Origin: Candidatus Sumerlaeia bacterium
GTDB lineage: Bacteria; Sumerlaeota; Sumerlaeia; MVZB01
Assembly (NCBI GenBank): GCA_039683515.1
Contig: JBDKRG010000059.1
Location: forward strand, 38,615 to 102,614
Reading direction: 5' to 3'
Length of the DNA: 64,000 nt
A program made the translations under genes and the position numbers. The notes beneath the pieces are model-generated. The model was given only the letters and a program-made list of their open reading frames with translations. It ran no database searches and was not told where the DNA came from. Below, one piece after another: positions 55,832-64,000 of the stretch (position 1 is the first letter of the stretch; the number at the start of each line of letters is the position of its first letter).

Positions 55832-58800
55832 ATGAAAACAGTCTGCGGCGTCTTGTTCATCATGGCCTTGATTTTCCCGGTTCGCTCCCACGCGGCCGAT
55901 TCGCCGACGCGCGAGGAAATCATCCGGACGATCGTGACCGGCGGGGGATTGATCGCGGGCGACGACGGCCGGCCCACGCCAGAGGAAATCGAATTCCGCC
56001 GGCGGATGGAAAGGCGCAAGGACGACCTGCTGGCCAGCCGCCTCCCGGTCCGGCACCCGGCGCTCCTCGGCCAGGACGCCAAGGCGACCGCCCTGCGCAA
56101 TATCGAGCAGGCCGACTGGGCGCGCCGGATGGCCGATCGATGGAAACGGCTCGCCGACGAGCTGGTCGCGCAGCCCGCCGGGTGGATCGATTCGATGATC
56201 CCCGACGAGACGCCCTGGTATTCGTTCGGCATGACCTGCCCCAACTGCGTCGGAACAAAATCGCAGGAGGGCGCCGGCCTCAGGATGAAATGGGACTGGC
56301 ACAACCCCGATTCGTACACGTGCGGCTTCTGCGGCGAGCGGTTCCCGTCGGCGAAATACCCCGAGACCCAGGCGCTCGTCTGCCCGCGGATGGGGCAGAC
56401 GTTCACGTTCTACATGAACGACAAGGAGCGCGCCAACCCGGACGACCGCAGCGGCCGGCTCGCGTATCACTGGGTCGGCTCGCCGATGCACGCCAGCTTC
56501 ACCGGCGCGATCCGCGGCCGCAAGGTCACGTTCATGGTCGGCGCGCTCGACAGCCTGGCCTACACGTATTACCTCACCGGCGACCCGAAGTACGCCGTCA
56601 TGACGCGCGACGTCCTGCTGCGGCTCGCCCGCTCGTATCGCAACTGGCTGTATTACGACTGCCGCTGCTCGCTGGCCGACTGCGACCCGCTTTACGCGGC
56701 GTGGCATCCGAAGGAACTCAAGCTGGAGTGGAAACGCCAGCTCGCGGCCGACGATTTCAAGAACGACACGGCCGAAAAGGCCGCGTTGATGCAGGAGTAC
56801 TGGGGCTGCGGGCGCATCTATCCGGACTGCGACAACACGGAAGTCGTCTTTAACGTCGCGCAGGCCTACGACCTGACCTACGACGCCAGGGACGCGAATG
56901 GGAAGCCGGTGTGGAGCGCGGCCCAGAAACGGGCGGTCGAGCGCGACCTGCTGCTCGAGTGGATTTTCGGGTCGGAGTATTACCTCGGCGGGATCGGCCA
57001 GGCCAGGCTCCTCAACAACAAGGCCCCCCGCATTTACCACGCGATGGCCTCCGTGGCGCGCGTCATCGGCATCCCCACGATGGCCGATACCGCGCTGCGC
57101 GGCTACGAGGCGATTCGCGACCAGGCGTTCGGCTACGACGGCCTGAGCCATGAAAGCCCGAGCTACACGAACCAGTATCTGAATGAATTGGTGAAAATTC
57201 CCGAACGCTTGCACGATTTCGAGTGGCCGGAAGAATACGCGCAGCGCAGGAAGGCCGGCGATCTTTACCGGAACGACGAGCGGCTGCGCCTGCTCTATCG
57301 GTCTTCGTTCTGGGAATTGCAGGGCAACGCGACGGAGCCGCCGCTGTCCGACACCCACGTCGGCGGAACCGTCAGCCCGATCATCATCGAGCAGAGCGCG
57401 CGGCGATACCCGGAACTGATCGACGGCCGCATGGGGGCGCTCCTGCGTGGCGCCCGCGTCAGCTCGTATTCGCTCTTCAACGTCGGCGCCCGCGAGCCGC
57501 TGCGCAACGAGCCGCTCGAGCTGCCCGAGGTCTATTTCCCCGACTGGATGACGTCGATCTTCCGGCATGGGCGCGGCGACAACGAGGCCGTGCTGGCGAT
57601 GAGCTTCGGCCGCGAAGGCAGCCACCGCCACTACGACAACCTGGCGCTGTTTTACGCCGATGGCGGCAACACCATGCTTGCCGACCAGGGCTACGTGACC
57701 GACACGCCGATCAACAGGTGGCTGCAAAGCACAAAGAGCCACAACCTCGTGATCGTCGACGACCTCGAGCAAAGGTTCCGCTGGCCCGGGGATCCGCGCA
57801 ACAAGGCGCCGCGCAAGCCGCGGCTCGAAATGATTTTCACCGGGCCGCGGCTGTCGGCGGTCGAGGCGTCGTCGGATGTTTACAGCCAGTGCGGGGATTA
57901 CCGGCGGCTGGTCGCGATGATCAAGGGCCCCGGCATGCGCACGTTCGCCGTCGATATCTTCCGCGTGAGCGGCGGCAAAAGGCAGGCCTATCAGCTCGTG
58001 AGCGAGCTGGCCGCGAGCGACTCCAAGAACGGGCGGCTCGAGTTCGAGGGCGTGACGTTGCCCGCCGAAAAACCGCTCCCCAATTTCGGCGCGAGCATCG
58101 CCGACGACGCGATGTTCGGGCTGCGCGACGAGCGCAAGGTCAAGGCGCCCACGAAACCATGGCAGGCGGTCTGGCGCGACGACAGCGGCGCGTATCGCTT
58201 CTGGAACCTGGGGGACGCCGATTTCGTCGCGGCCTACAACGGCCCCGGCCAGGAAACGCCGACCCCCGGCCGGCGCGCGCGGTTCCTCAACGTGATCCGC
58301 GAGGGCAACAATGTCGAGAGCACGTTCATCGGGCTGCACGAACCGGGCGCCCAAAACGCCGATTGGGTCGTCCAAAAGGCGCAGCGCCTGAAGACACCGA
58401 AAGCCGCCGGCCCCGACGCCGTCGCGCTCCTCATCGACACGGCGTGGGGCCAATACCTCGTCCTCAACGAATTCGCGGCCGAGGCGAAGGTCAAGGGCGT
58501 GAGCTTCCAGGGCAAGCTCGGCGTCTGGTGCAAGGAGCCCGGCGGCACCGAATGGATCGTCGCCTGCGGCGCGTCGACGTGCCGGGCCGGCAAGCTCGGT
58601 TTCGCCGGCAAGACCGCGATGTGGAACGATGAGGCCGCGATCACTTCGGCAGAGGAACTCAAGCCCGCGCACGCGCGGCCGGCCGACTGGCAGGACCCGC
58701 CGGCGGGCTGGCGGAATTACGTCCTGCTCAACGACGGCAAGAGCGACACGGGATTCCCGGTCGCGCGGACCGGCGCCGAAAACATCCGTGTCGGCATGTT

Positions 58801-58861
58801 CCCGCTGCCGAAGGAAGCCGGCGGATTCAGCCTGCCGTCGCTGAGCGTGGACGGGAAATAG
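55832..58861 (+). CDS. secreted heparinase II/III-like polysaccharide lyase family protein
   Basis: Signal peptide MKTVCGVLFIMALIFPVRSHA. Alpha/alpha-toroid-like N-terminal region. C-terminal …HRHYDNLALFYADGGNTMLADQGY… resembles the heparinase II/III C-terminal beta-sandwich. GAAGGTGG ribosome-binding site. Confidence 0.55.
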   Translation: MKTVCGVLFIMALIFPVRSHAADSPTREEIIRTIVTGGGLIAGDDGRPTPEEIEFRRRMERRKDDLLASRLPVRHPALLGQDAKATALRNIEQADWARRMADRWKRLADELVAQPAGWIDSMIPDETPWYSFGMTCPNCVGTKSQEGAGLRMKWDWHNPDSYTCGFCGERFPSAKYPETQALVCPRMGQTFTFYMNDKERANPDDRSGRLAYHWVGSPMHASFTGAIRGRKVTFMVGALDSLAYTYYLTGDPKYAVMTRDVLLRLARSYRNWLYYDCRCSLADCDPLYAAWHPKELKLEWKRQLAADDFKNDTAEKAALMQEYWGCGRIYPDCDNTEVVFNVAQAYDLTYDARDANGKPVWSAAQKRAVERDLLLEWIFGSEYYLGGIGQARLLNNKAPRIYHAMASVARVIGIPTMADTALRGYEAIRDQAFGYDGLSHESPSYTNQYLNELVKIPERLHDFEWPEEYAQRRKAGDLYRNDERLRLLYRSSFWELQGNATEPPLSDTHVGGTVSPIIIEQSARRYPELIDGRMGALLRGARVSSYSLFNVGAREPLRNEPLELPEVYFPDWMTSIFRHGRGDNEAVLAMSFGREGSHRHYDNLALFYADGGNTMLADQGYVTDTPINRWLQSTKSHNLVIVDDLEQRFRWPGDPRNKAPRKPRLEMIFTGPRLSAVEASSDVYSQCGDYRRLVAMIKGPGMRTFAVDIFRVSGGKRQAYQLVSELAASDSKNGRLEFEGVTLPAEKPLPNFGASIADDAMFGLRDERKVKAPTKPWQAVWRDDSGAYRFWNLGDADFVAAYNGPGQETPTPGRRARFLNVIREGNNVESTFIGLHEPGAQNADWVVQKAQRLKTPKAAGPDAVALLIDTAWGQYLVLNEFAAEAKVKGVSFQGKLGVWCKEPGGTEWIVACGASTCRAGKLGFAGKTAMWNDEAAITSAEELKPAHARPADWQDPPAGWRNYVLLNDGKSDTGFPVARTGAENIRVGMFPLPKEAGGFSLPSLSVDGK

Positions 58862-58884
58862 GCAAGCTGAACACTGATCGGAAA

Positions 58885-58999
58885 CCGAAAACGCGAAACC
58901 CCCGCCGGTGGTGAACCGACGGGGTTTTCGTATCTCTTTGAAACTCAAGTGGTGCCGGGAAGAGGTCTTGAACCTCCACACCCTTTCGGGTACAAGATT
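58885..58999. repeat. left direct repeat of islet (tRNA-Leu 3' half plus downstream terminator)
   Basis: ~115 bp matching 60746-60860 with a few mismatches. Confidence 0.8.
58950..58998 (-). pseudogene. partial tRNA-Leu copy (3' half: CCA end, T-arm, variable arm, 3' anticodon-stem strand)
   Basis: tggtgccgggaagaggTcttgaacctccacaccctttcgggtacaagat equals tRNA positions 60811-60859 with one mismatch. It diverges inside the anticodon loop. Confidence 0.8.
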
Positions 59000-59199
59000 C
59001 TTATATAAAAGCAGGACATTTCGTTACCGCAAGGTTCTCAACAAAGCGCACAATTTCCGGCCCAAATCCTAGACCGGGCGCGCGCGCCCGAAATCCCCAC
59101 CAACCCTTGGATTGTAAGGCCGCACAACAACCACGCGTGATGGACCGGCCCGCGACCGACGAACACTTGGTCTAATAACTATATACACGGCAATAAGCC

Positions 59200-59228
59200 T
59201 TGTATACACAACAGCTTTGGTGTATAAA
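59200..59228 (+). promoter_or_regulatory. sigma70-like promoter of islet operon
   Basis: TTGTAT, a 17-nt spacer, then TATAAA. About 50 nt upstream of ATG 59279. Confidence 0.4.
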
Positions 59229-59278
59229 TTTCCTGTTTTATTCGTTTTTGTACCACTTGTATCGCAGGGCGGTCCATA

Positions 59279-59965
59279 ATGACTATATCAGATTCAACAG
59301 AATCGCTGAAAAGTCATCCTGGTTTTGGAGGAGCGTTGCTCGCCGATAGCGCGACACAAACAGATACTGGGAAAGTTAATCTCCAAGGAATATTCACAAT
59401 GTTCTTGGCTTGGGGTTTTCCATGCTCAAGAACATGGTTTCTGACATTTACAGCATTTGATGTGCCCAACTACGACACATCGGTCAGTATTGGTGTGCGG
59501 AAAGCCGGATCGAGTTCAATTTCAAAACTGTCTAACGTGAAGGTTTCAGAGGGAAGTAAAGGTCCTTCCACTGTTAGTGTTCAGTTAAGGCATCGTTTCA
59601 ATTCGGCAGGAAGATATGAATTAGTGTGTACATTTCGTAAATCAGTAAAAAAATTGAGGATCCCGTTTGAAGTGCGGTGTAGAGAGTGGCCAGAGTTCTC
59701 AGAGGAAGAAATTGCTTTCTCACGTAAAGATTCTCATATCCCAATGAGAATTCGAGCCAATGTCCAATGCAAAAAATGCTCACATGCCTATATCTTTGAA
59801 GAGGCAGTCTTACAACAGAAATCGAAGGGGGGCATTCAGCGATTTCCCACTAACGGTCGATTTAAATGTGAGGAATGTGGTCATACAATGAATTTGCTAG
59901 ATATCCAAGGGCAAATGAGAGCCTCTCTAAAAGAACTTGTGCGCAATGCCATGAAAAAGGACTGA
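59279..59965 (+). CDS. hypothetical protein with C-terminal CxxC…CxxC zinc-ribbon (islet gene A)
   Basis: 228 aa. Beta-rich N-terminal ~160 aa, then CKKCSHAY…(29 aa)…CEECGHT. AT-rich codon usage unlike the flanking genes. Confidence 0.55.
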   Translation: MTISDSTESLKSHPGFGGALLADSATQTDTGKVNLQGIFTMFLAWGFPCSRTWFLTFTAFDVPNYDTSVSIGVRKAGSSSISKLSNVKVSEGSKGPSTVSVQLRHRFNSAGRYELVCTFRKSVKKLRIPFEVRCREWPEFSEEEIAFSRKDSHIPMRIRANVQCKKCSHAYIFEEAVLQQKSKGGIQRFPTNGRFKCEECGHTMNLLDIQGQMRASLKELVRNAMKKD

Positions 59966-59968
59966 GTC

Positions 59969-60670
59969 ATGTTCAGTCCATACCACAAACTCACGAATTG
60001 TCCACGGTTGGAAAGGCATATAGCAACGCTTAGGGCAGCGGGGAATGTTGCCGACGATGTGTTTCAAAATCACAATCGCTATCACTATGCACTGATACAT
60101 AAATTGAAATGTGCCCGAACCAGTTTTGACCGTCTCCAAAATGAGCTCACGGATACTTCGCCAGAGCAAATTGTGAGCGATTCAGGAGAGTTTCTATACT
60201 CGATCAATGCGTGCATCGATAGTTTCTTCTACACGAGCGGTAGCGCGATGGATATCTTAGCCAGGGAAGTCCTCACCTATTTTTCAATTGCGATGCCTAA
60301 TAAAGTCTACTATAGAACAGCTCGAGAAGAACTCACAACTCATCGACCTGGTGACGTTTTGATTTCAAAGCTTGCAGACCCTACATGGAAGAGCGAGTTT
60401 TCCAACTACAGAAACGCTTTAACACATGAGGTCCTTATTGCCGGTGTCTTTTCGATAAATTTTGTGATGGATGGAGCAACACAACGCAAGACAATCGTTT
60501 TCCCTCTCCCAGATGATCCTCGAACTGATCCTCAGGCGAGAACCTTCAGGCAGAATAAAGATGTTCAACTTTACTGTGATCGAACCTTACGCAGATTGTT
60601 GTCATTGATCAACACGATCTATGGTGATCTGTGTTCTCGAATTCAATCGAACCAATCCCTTCCTCTTTAA
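59969..60670 (+). CDS. hypothetical alpha-helical protein with R-x4-H motif (possible HEPN-like; islet gene B)
   Basis: 233 aa. Start is 3 nt after the gene A stop. YRNALTHEV matches the minimal HEPN Rx4-6H signature. No family recognised with confidence. Confidence 0.5.
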   Translation: MFSPYHKLTNCPRLERHIATLRAAGNVADDVFQNHNRYHYALIHKLKCARTSFDRLQNELTDTSPEQIVSDSGEFLYSINACIDSFFYTSGSAMDILAREVLTYFSIAMPNKVYYRTAREELTTHRPGDVLISKLADPTWKSEFSNYRNALTHEVLIAGVFSINFVMDGATQRKTIVFPLPDDPRTDPQARTFRQNKDVQLYCDRTLRRLLSLINTIYGDLCSRIQSNQSLPL

Positions 60671-60745
60671 AAAAAAAGATAGTTGCATCTTGCGGATAAT
60701 AAATCCGTATCTCTTGCCAACACCGCGGAATGTACCGGAAGCGGA

Positions 60746-60860
60746 CCGAAAACGCGAAAACCCCGCCGGTGGTGAACCGACGGGGGTTTCGTATCTTCAA
60801 GAAACTCAAGTGGTGCCGGGAAGAGGACTTGAACCTCCACACCCTTTCGGGTACAAGATC
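60746..60860. repeat. right direct repeat of islet (part of intact tRNA-Leu plus its terminator)
   Basis: Matches 58885-58999. Confidence 0.8.
60748..60788 (-). terminator. rho-independent terminator of tRNA-Leu
   Basis: In the minus-strand transcript: cccccgtcggttcaccaccggcgggg hairpin followed by ttttcgcgtttt. Duplicated at 58888-58928. Confidence 0.6.
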
Positions 60861-60897
60861 CTTAGTCTTGCGCGTCTGCCAGTTCCGCCATCCCGGC
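60811..60897 (-). tRNA. tRNA-Leu (type II, long variable arm); anticodon loop CUAAGGA reads as AAG by position
   Basis: GCCGGGATGGCGGAACTGGCAGACGCGCAAGACTAAGGATCTTGTACCCGAAAGGGTGTGGAGGTTCAAGTCCTCTTCCCGGCACCA. 7-bp acceptor stem, GG in the D-loop, GTTCAAGTC T-loop, encoded CCA. Near-collinear with bacterial tRNA-Leu. Confidence 0.8.
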
Positions 60898-61291
60898 ACC
60901 TTGGCGAGCCTTGCGGCACGCCCCAAAACTCCACCTAACCAAATTCCGCCGACGCTCTCAACCATTTTTTGAAGAGAATTTTTACTCCAGGCAACAAGGG
61001 GTTGAGAATAGCGCGTTTGGAGCGCGAAATAAATCGGCGGGGGCGGTTGACGCGGGCGTTGATGTCTTCGCGCCACGGCCCATCGATTTCCGGTTGCTCG
61101 AACAGATTTTAATCCCCTCGACCGATATCCGCCCTGGATCCGGCACAATCCACCGAGTCGGGAATGCCTTTTCTTCGCGTTCCGGGCGTCCAGGCGCCCC
61201 TGAATTCCATGTAAAAAACGATTGAATTTTTGTAATCTGCGTCATCGGACGCTCAGGGGCGATTTTCAGTCGATTTTGAAATTCCGGGGGA

Positions 61292-64000
61292 ATGCGGTCG
61301 ATGCGATCCAGCCACGCCACTTCCAGGGGCGCCTTGCGCCTGCCGATTTTGATTGTCCTCGCGCTGACGCTCGTTCAGCCGGCGCCCGCGCTCACGCCGC
61401 CGCCGGCCGGCGGCATCGAGGCCTATCGCCAGGACGGCACCTTCGAGAAGCGCCGCGCGTTCGCCGAGAAGCTCGGCAATCACCTGATCAACCCCGCGCT
61501 CCTCAAGAGCAAGCTCGCCGGGCTTTCGGGGGGGCCGGCGCTCCAGGCGCTCCCCTACAAGCCCGGCCTCGCCTCCAAGGGGACGCAGCGCGTGCTCGTC
61601 TTCGCGGTCGACTTCCCCGATTACCCCGCCAAGCTCGACACGCCGACGATGTCCAACCGCCTGTTCAGCACGACGATCACCGAGAACCAGCCCTACGAAA
61701 GCATGGCGAAATATTACCGGCGCTCCTCGTACAACCAGCTCACGATCACCGGCGAGGTCATGGCGCGCCACCGCGCCGCGCACAACCGCAGCTACTACAC
61801 CGACAACGCCGGCACGCTCATCGCCGAGCTCTTCAACGCCTACAACTACAGCAAGGACTTCTCCGTCTACGACAACGACGGCGACGGCAAGATCGATTAC
61901 TTCATCATCTTCTGGACCGGCAAGGACGAGGGCTGGGGCAGCTTCTGGTGGTCGTGGAACAACAGCATCAACGACCCCACGTGGAAGGTCGACGGCAAGA
62001 CGATCGGCAACTTCAGCTGGATCGCCGAGGACAACTGCCTGACCGATTACGGCTACGACATGGACCCGCGCACGGCGATCCACGAGACCGGCCACGCGCT
62101 CGGCCTGCCCGACTACTACGATTACGACGACAAGGTCGGCCCCAAGGGCGGGCTCGGCGGGACCGACATGATGGACAACGGCTGGCACGACCACAACGCG
62201 TTCAGCAAGTGGCTCCTGGAATGGATCGCGCCGACCGTCGTCGGCGGCACGGGGACGCTTTACAAATACCCGCAAATGCGCCCGTCGTCGCTCTACGCCG
62301 ACGCCGTCGCGATCATGCCGGGGATGACCGCGACCAACCCGTTCACCGAGTTCTACCTGGTGCAGAACCGCGTGCGCGGCTCGAAGACGACGAGCAACGA
62401 CTACACGCTCCCCGGCGACGGCGTCATCGTCTGGCACGTCGACGCGCGGCTCAACTCGACGGGCAACGGCTTCAAGTACGACAACAGCACCACCGACCAC
62501 AAGCTGCTCAAGCTGATGGAGGCCGACGGCGGCGACCACATCGAGAAAAACATGGGCTTCGCCACGGCCGATTTCTACACGCCCGGCTCGTACCTGTCGC
62601 CGGTTTCGACGCCGACGAGCGCCAACTACGCCGGGGCGCGCACGGGCGTGACCGTGTTCAACATCGCCCCCGTCACGTTCAGCTGGCCGCCGGTGGCGGC
62701 CGGGACGTGCGGCGTCCAGTTCATGAACGCCGGTTCGTCGACGAACTGGATCGGCATCGGCGAGGCGGTCGACAACAACAACCTGGTCTGGGCGACGGGC
62801 GCAAGCAGCAGCGCGCTGACGTGGTTCGGCCAGAAATCGATCTACAAAATCGGCGGCGACGCCGCGCAGTGCAGCTCGCCCGGCAATTCGCAGTACGTCA
62901 ACCTGGACGCCCGGCTGACCGGCCCCGGCCCGCTGACGTTCCAATGGAAGGTCTCGTCGGAATCCGGCAAGGACTGGCTCGAGTTCTGGCTCGACGGCGT
63001 GCGCCAGGACCGGATCAGCGGCTCGACGAACTTCGCGCAGAAAGCCTACAACCTGACGGCCGGGTCCCACACGATCCGGTGGAAATACGTCAAAGACGCC
63101 GCCGGGGCGGCCGGCTACGATTGCGGCTGGGTCGACGCCGTCGATTACTCGTACGTGCCGTTCGCAGTGGCCGTCGACAACAACTCGACAACGTGGACGC
63201 AGTCCGGCAGCATGCAGTGGTTCGGCGAGGACAAGGAATACACCTTCGGCGGCAGCGCGGCGCGCTCGGGCCCGGTCGCCGACGGCCAGGACTCGACGTT
63301 CAAGACCACCGTGGCCGGCCCCGGCTGGGTCGATTTCGCGTGGAAGGTCTCGTCGCAAAGCGGCGACATCCTGCGCCTGCGCAAAAACGGCGTCAACATC
63401 GCCAACATCAGCGGCGAGGTCGACTGGACGACGAAAACCCTCTACCTGGATTCGGGCTACAACATCATCGAATGGGCGTATATCAAGAACAGCTCGGGCG
63501 CGGCCGGCCAGGACTGCGGCTGGGTCGATCACATCCGGTTCAGTTCGCCGGCCATCAATCGGCACACGCTCGCGCAAGGGGTCGACAACAGCGTGCTGGC
63601 CTGGACGAGCATCCCGTATAATGCGTGGCGATACGTAAGCTCGCCCAACCACGACGGCGCCGACGCCGCCGCGTGCAGCATGTCGGTCAAGGGCCAGACC
63701 GCCACGCTGCGCACGGTCGTGACCGGCCCCGGCACGCTCACCTACTGGTACAAGGACGATCCGACGAATTCCTCCGGATGGCTCGATGTTTTCATCGACG
63801 GCAAGTATGCCGGCAGCGGCACCGACACGTCATGGAATCAAAAATCCCTCACGATCGCCGAGGGCCTCCATGTTGTCGATTGGGTCTATACGATCGAAGG
63901 AAACAATGTCGATACGTTCGCCATCGACCAGGTCGAATACACGCCGGCCAACCTCGATTTGGTCGAGGCGCTCGACAACCCGCAGATCAAGTGGGAAACG
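61292..64000 (+). CDS. secreted M6-family (InhA-like) zinc metalloprotease with repeated C-terminal beta-sandwich modules, 3'-partial
   Basis: Not in the ORF track because it has no stop within the window. Signal peptide ALRLPILIVLALTLVQPAPA. HExxH motif AIHETGHALGLPDYYDYDD. At least four ~120-aa repeats (…FQWKVSSESG.DWLEFWLDG…GYDCGWVDAV.YS). The two 799-aa track ORFs here are wrong frames. Confidence 0.7.
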   Translation, partial: MRSMRSSHATSRGALRLPILIVLALTLVQPAPALTPPPAGGIEAYRQDGTFEKRRAFAEKLGNHLINPALLKSKLAGLSGGPALQALPYKPGLASKGTQRVLVFAVDFPDYPAKLDTPTMSNRLFSTTITENQPYESMAKYYRRSSYNQLTITGEVMARHRAAHNRSYYTDNAGTLIAELFNAYNYSKDFSVYDNDGDGKIDYFIIFWTGKDEGWGSFWWSWNNSINDPTWKVDGKTIGNFSWIAEDNCLTDYGYDMDPRTAIHETGHALGLPDYYDYDDKVGPKGGLGGTDMMDNGWHDHNAFSKWLLEWIAPTVVGGTGTLYKYPQMRPSSLYADAVAIMPGMTATNPFTEFYLVQNRVRGSKTTSNDYTLPGDGVIVWHVDARLNSTGNGFKYDNSTTDHKLLKLMEADGGDHIEKNMGFATADFYTPGSYLSPVSTPTSANYAGARTGVTVFNIAPVTFSWPPVAAGTCGVQFMNAGSSTNWIGIGEAVDNNNLVWATGASSSALTWFGQKSIYKIGGDAAQCSSPGNSQYVNLDARLTGPGPLTFQWKVSSESGKDWLEFWLDGVRQDRISGSTNFAQKAYNLTAGSHTIRWKYVKDAAGAAGYDCGWVDAVDYSYVPFAVAVDNNSTTWTQSGSMQWFGEDKEYTFGGSAARSGPVADGQDSTFKTTVAGPGWVDFAWKVSSQSGDILRLRKNGVNIANISGEVDWTTKTLYLDSGYNIIEWAYIKNSSGAAGQDCGWVDHIRFSSPAINRHTLAQGVDNSVLAWTSIPYNAWRYVSSPNHDGADAAACSMSVKGQTATLRTVVTGPGTLTYWYKDDPTNSSGWLDVFIDGKYAGSGTDTSWNQKSLTIAEGLHVVDWVYTIEGNNVDTFAIDQVEYTPANLDLVEALDNPQIKWET

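Larger units (their letters stand above)
59000..60745. mobile_element. low-GC genomic islet (integrase-less) inserted at tRNA-Leu 3' end
   Basis: Abrupt drop in GC. Bounded by ~115-bp direct repeats. Carries its own promoter and two co-directional ORFs. No integrase or transposase ORF is present in it. Confidence 0.65.

Noticed and set aside
59000-60745. Integrase, transposase or prophage genes in the islet
   Set aside because: The only sizeable ORFs are the two hypothetical genes. The short minus-strand ORFs (59598..59783, 59927..60169) lie inside them and look spurious. So the element is classed as an integrase-less islet rather than a prophage or IS.
61222-63652. Two 799-aa ORFs (plus and minus) at the right end
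   Set aside because: Both translate to Arg-rich low-complexity sequence. The third frame encodes a clean M6 metalloprotease and is the real gene.

Overview
This is a 64-kb, visibly high-GC (about two-thirds G+C by eye) bacterial chromosomal segment with dense coding on both strands. Gene content suggests a Planctomycetes/Verrucomicrobia/Lentisphaerae-type organism, but the taxon is only a guess.

Reading left to right, the window contains:
- A Bat-like aerotolerance operon on the minus strand (TPR protein, BatC-like with a long poly-Q tract, BatD, BatE).
- A sigma-54-type response regulator plus two other receiver proteins, and a large cadherin-like surface protein.
- A wzm/wzt ABC glycan exporter pair and an HU-family gene.
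- trpF and a TauE/DUF1634 transporter pair.
- A thiamine cluster (thiE-like, TPP riboswitch, thiS-thiF fusion, thiS, a low-GC lipoprotein, thiG, thiH, thiE).
- An unusual glycan locus: an orphan Wzt-like ATPase, a 1158-aa protein made of 20-aa tandem repeats fused to an FkbM methyltransferase, and a DUF115-GT4 glycosyltransferase. The ATPase and the glycosyltransferase share a C-terminal LRR-like module.
- Housekeeping genes (rlmD, queE, a fumarylacetoacetate hydrolase (FAH) family gene, a nucleotide-sugar dehydrogenase, argC, Fe-ADH, GT39, GNAT, MFS, a heparinase-like lyase).
- A tRNA-Leu at the right end.

The strongest candidate for an undescribed system is a 1.75-kb AT-rich islet inserted next to the tRNA-Leu. 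It is flanked by ~115-bp direct repeats (tRNA 3' half plus terminator). It carries its own sigma70-like promoter and a tightly linked two-gene cassette that I cannot assign to any family: a zinc-ribbon protein and an alpha-helical protein with an R-x4-H motif. I read it as a possible defence or toxin module.

I also see several dispersed non-coding repeat families. These include a CACGAAA-array element in three copies, CGATTACGA arrays in four divergent promoter regions, GATGAG palindromes, GGATTGCG heptamer hairpins and a MITE-like element.

One gene is missing from the ORF track because it runs off the window end: an M6 metalloprotease at 61292..64000. I found no CRISPR array, rRNA, integrase or transposase.
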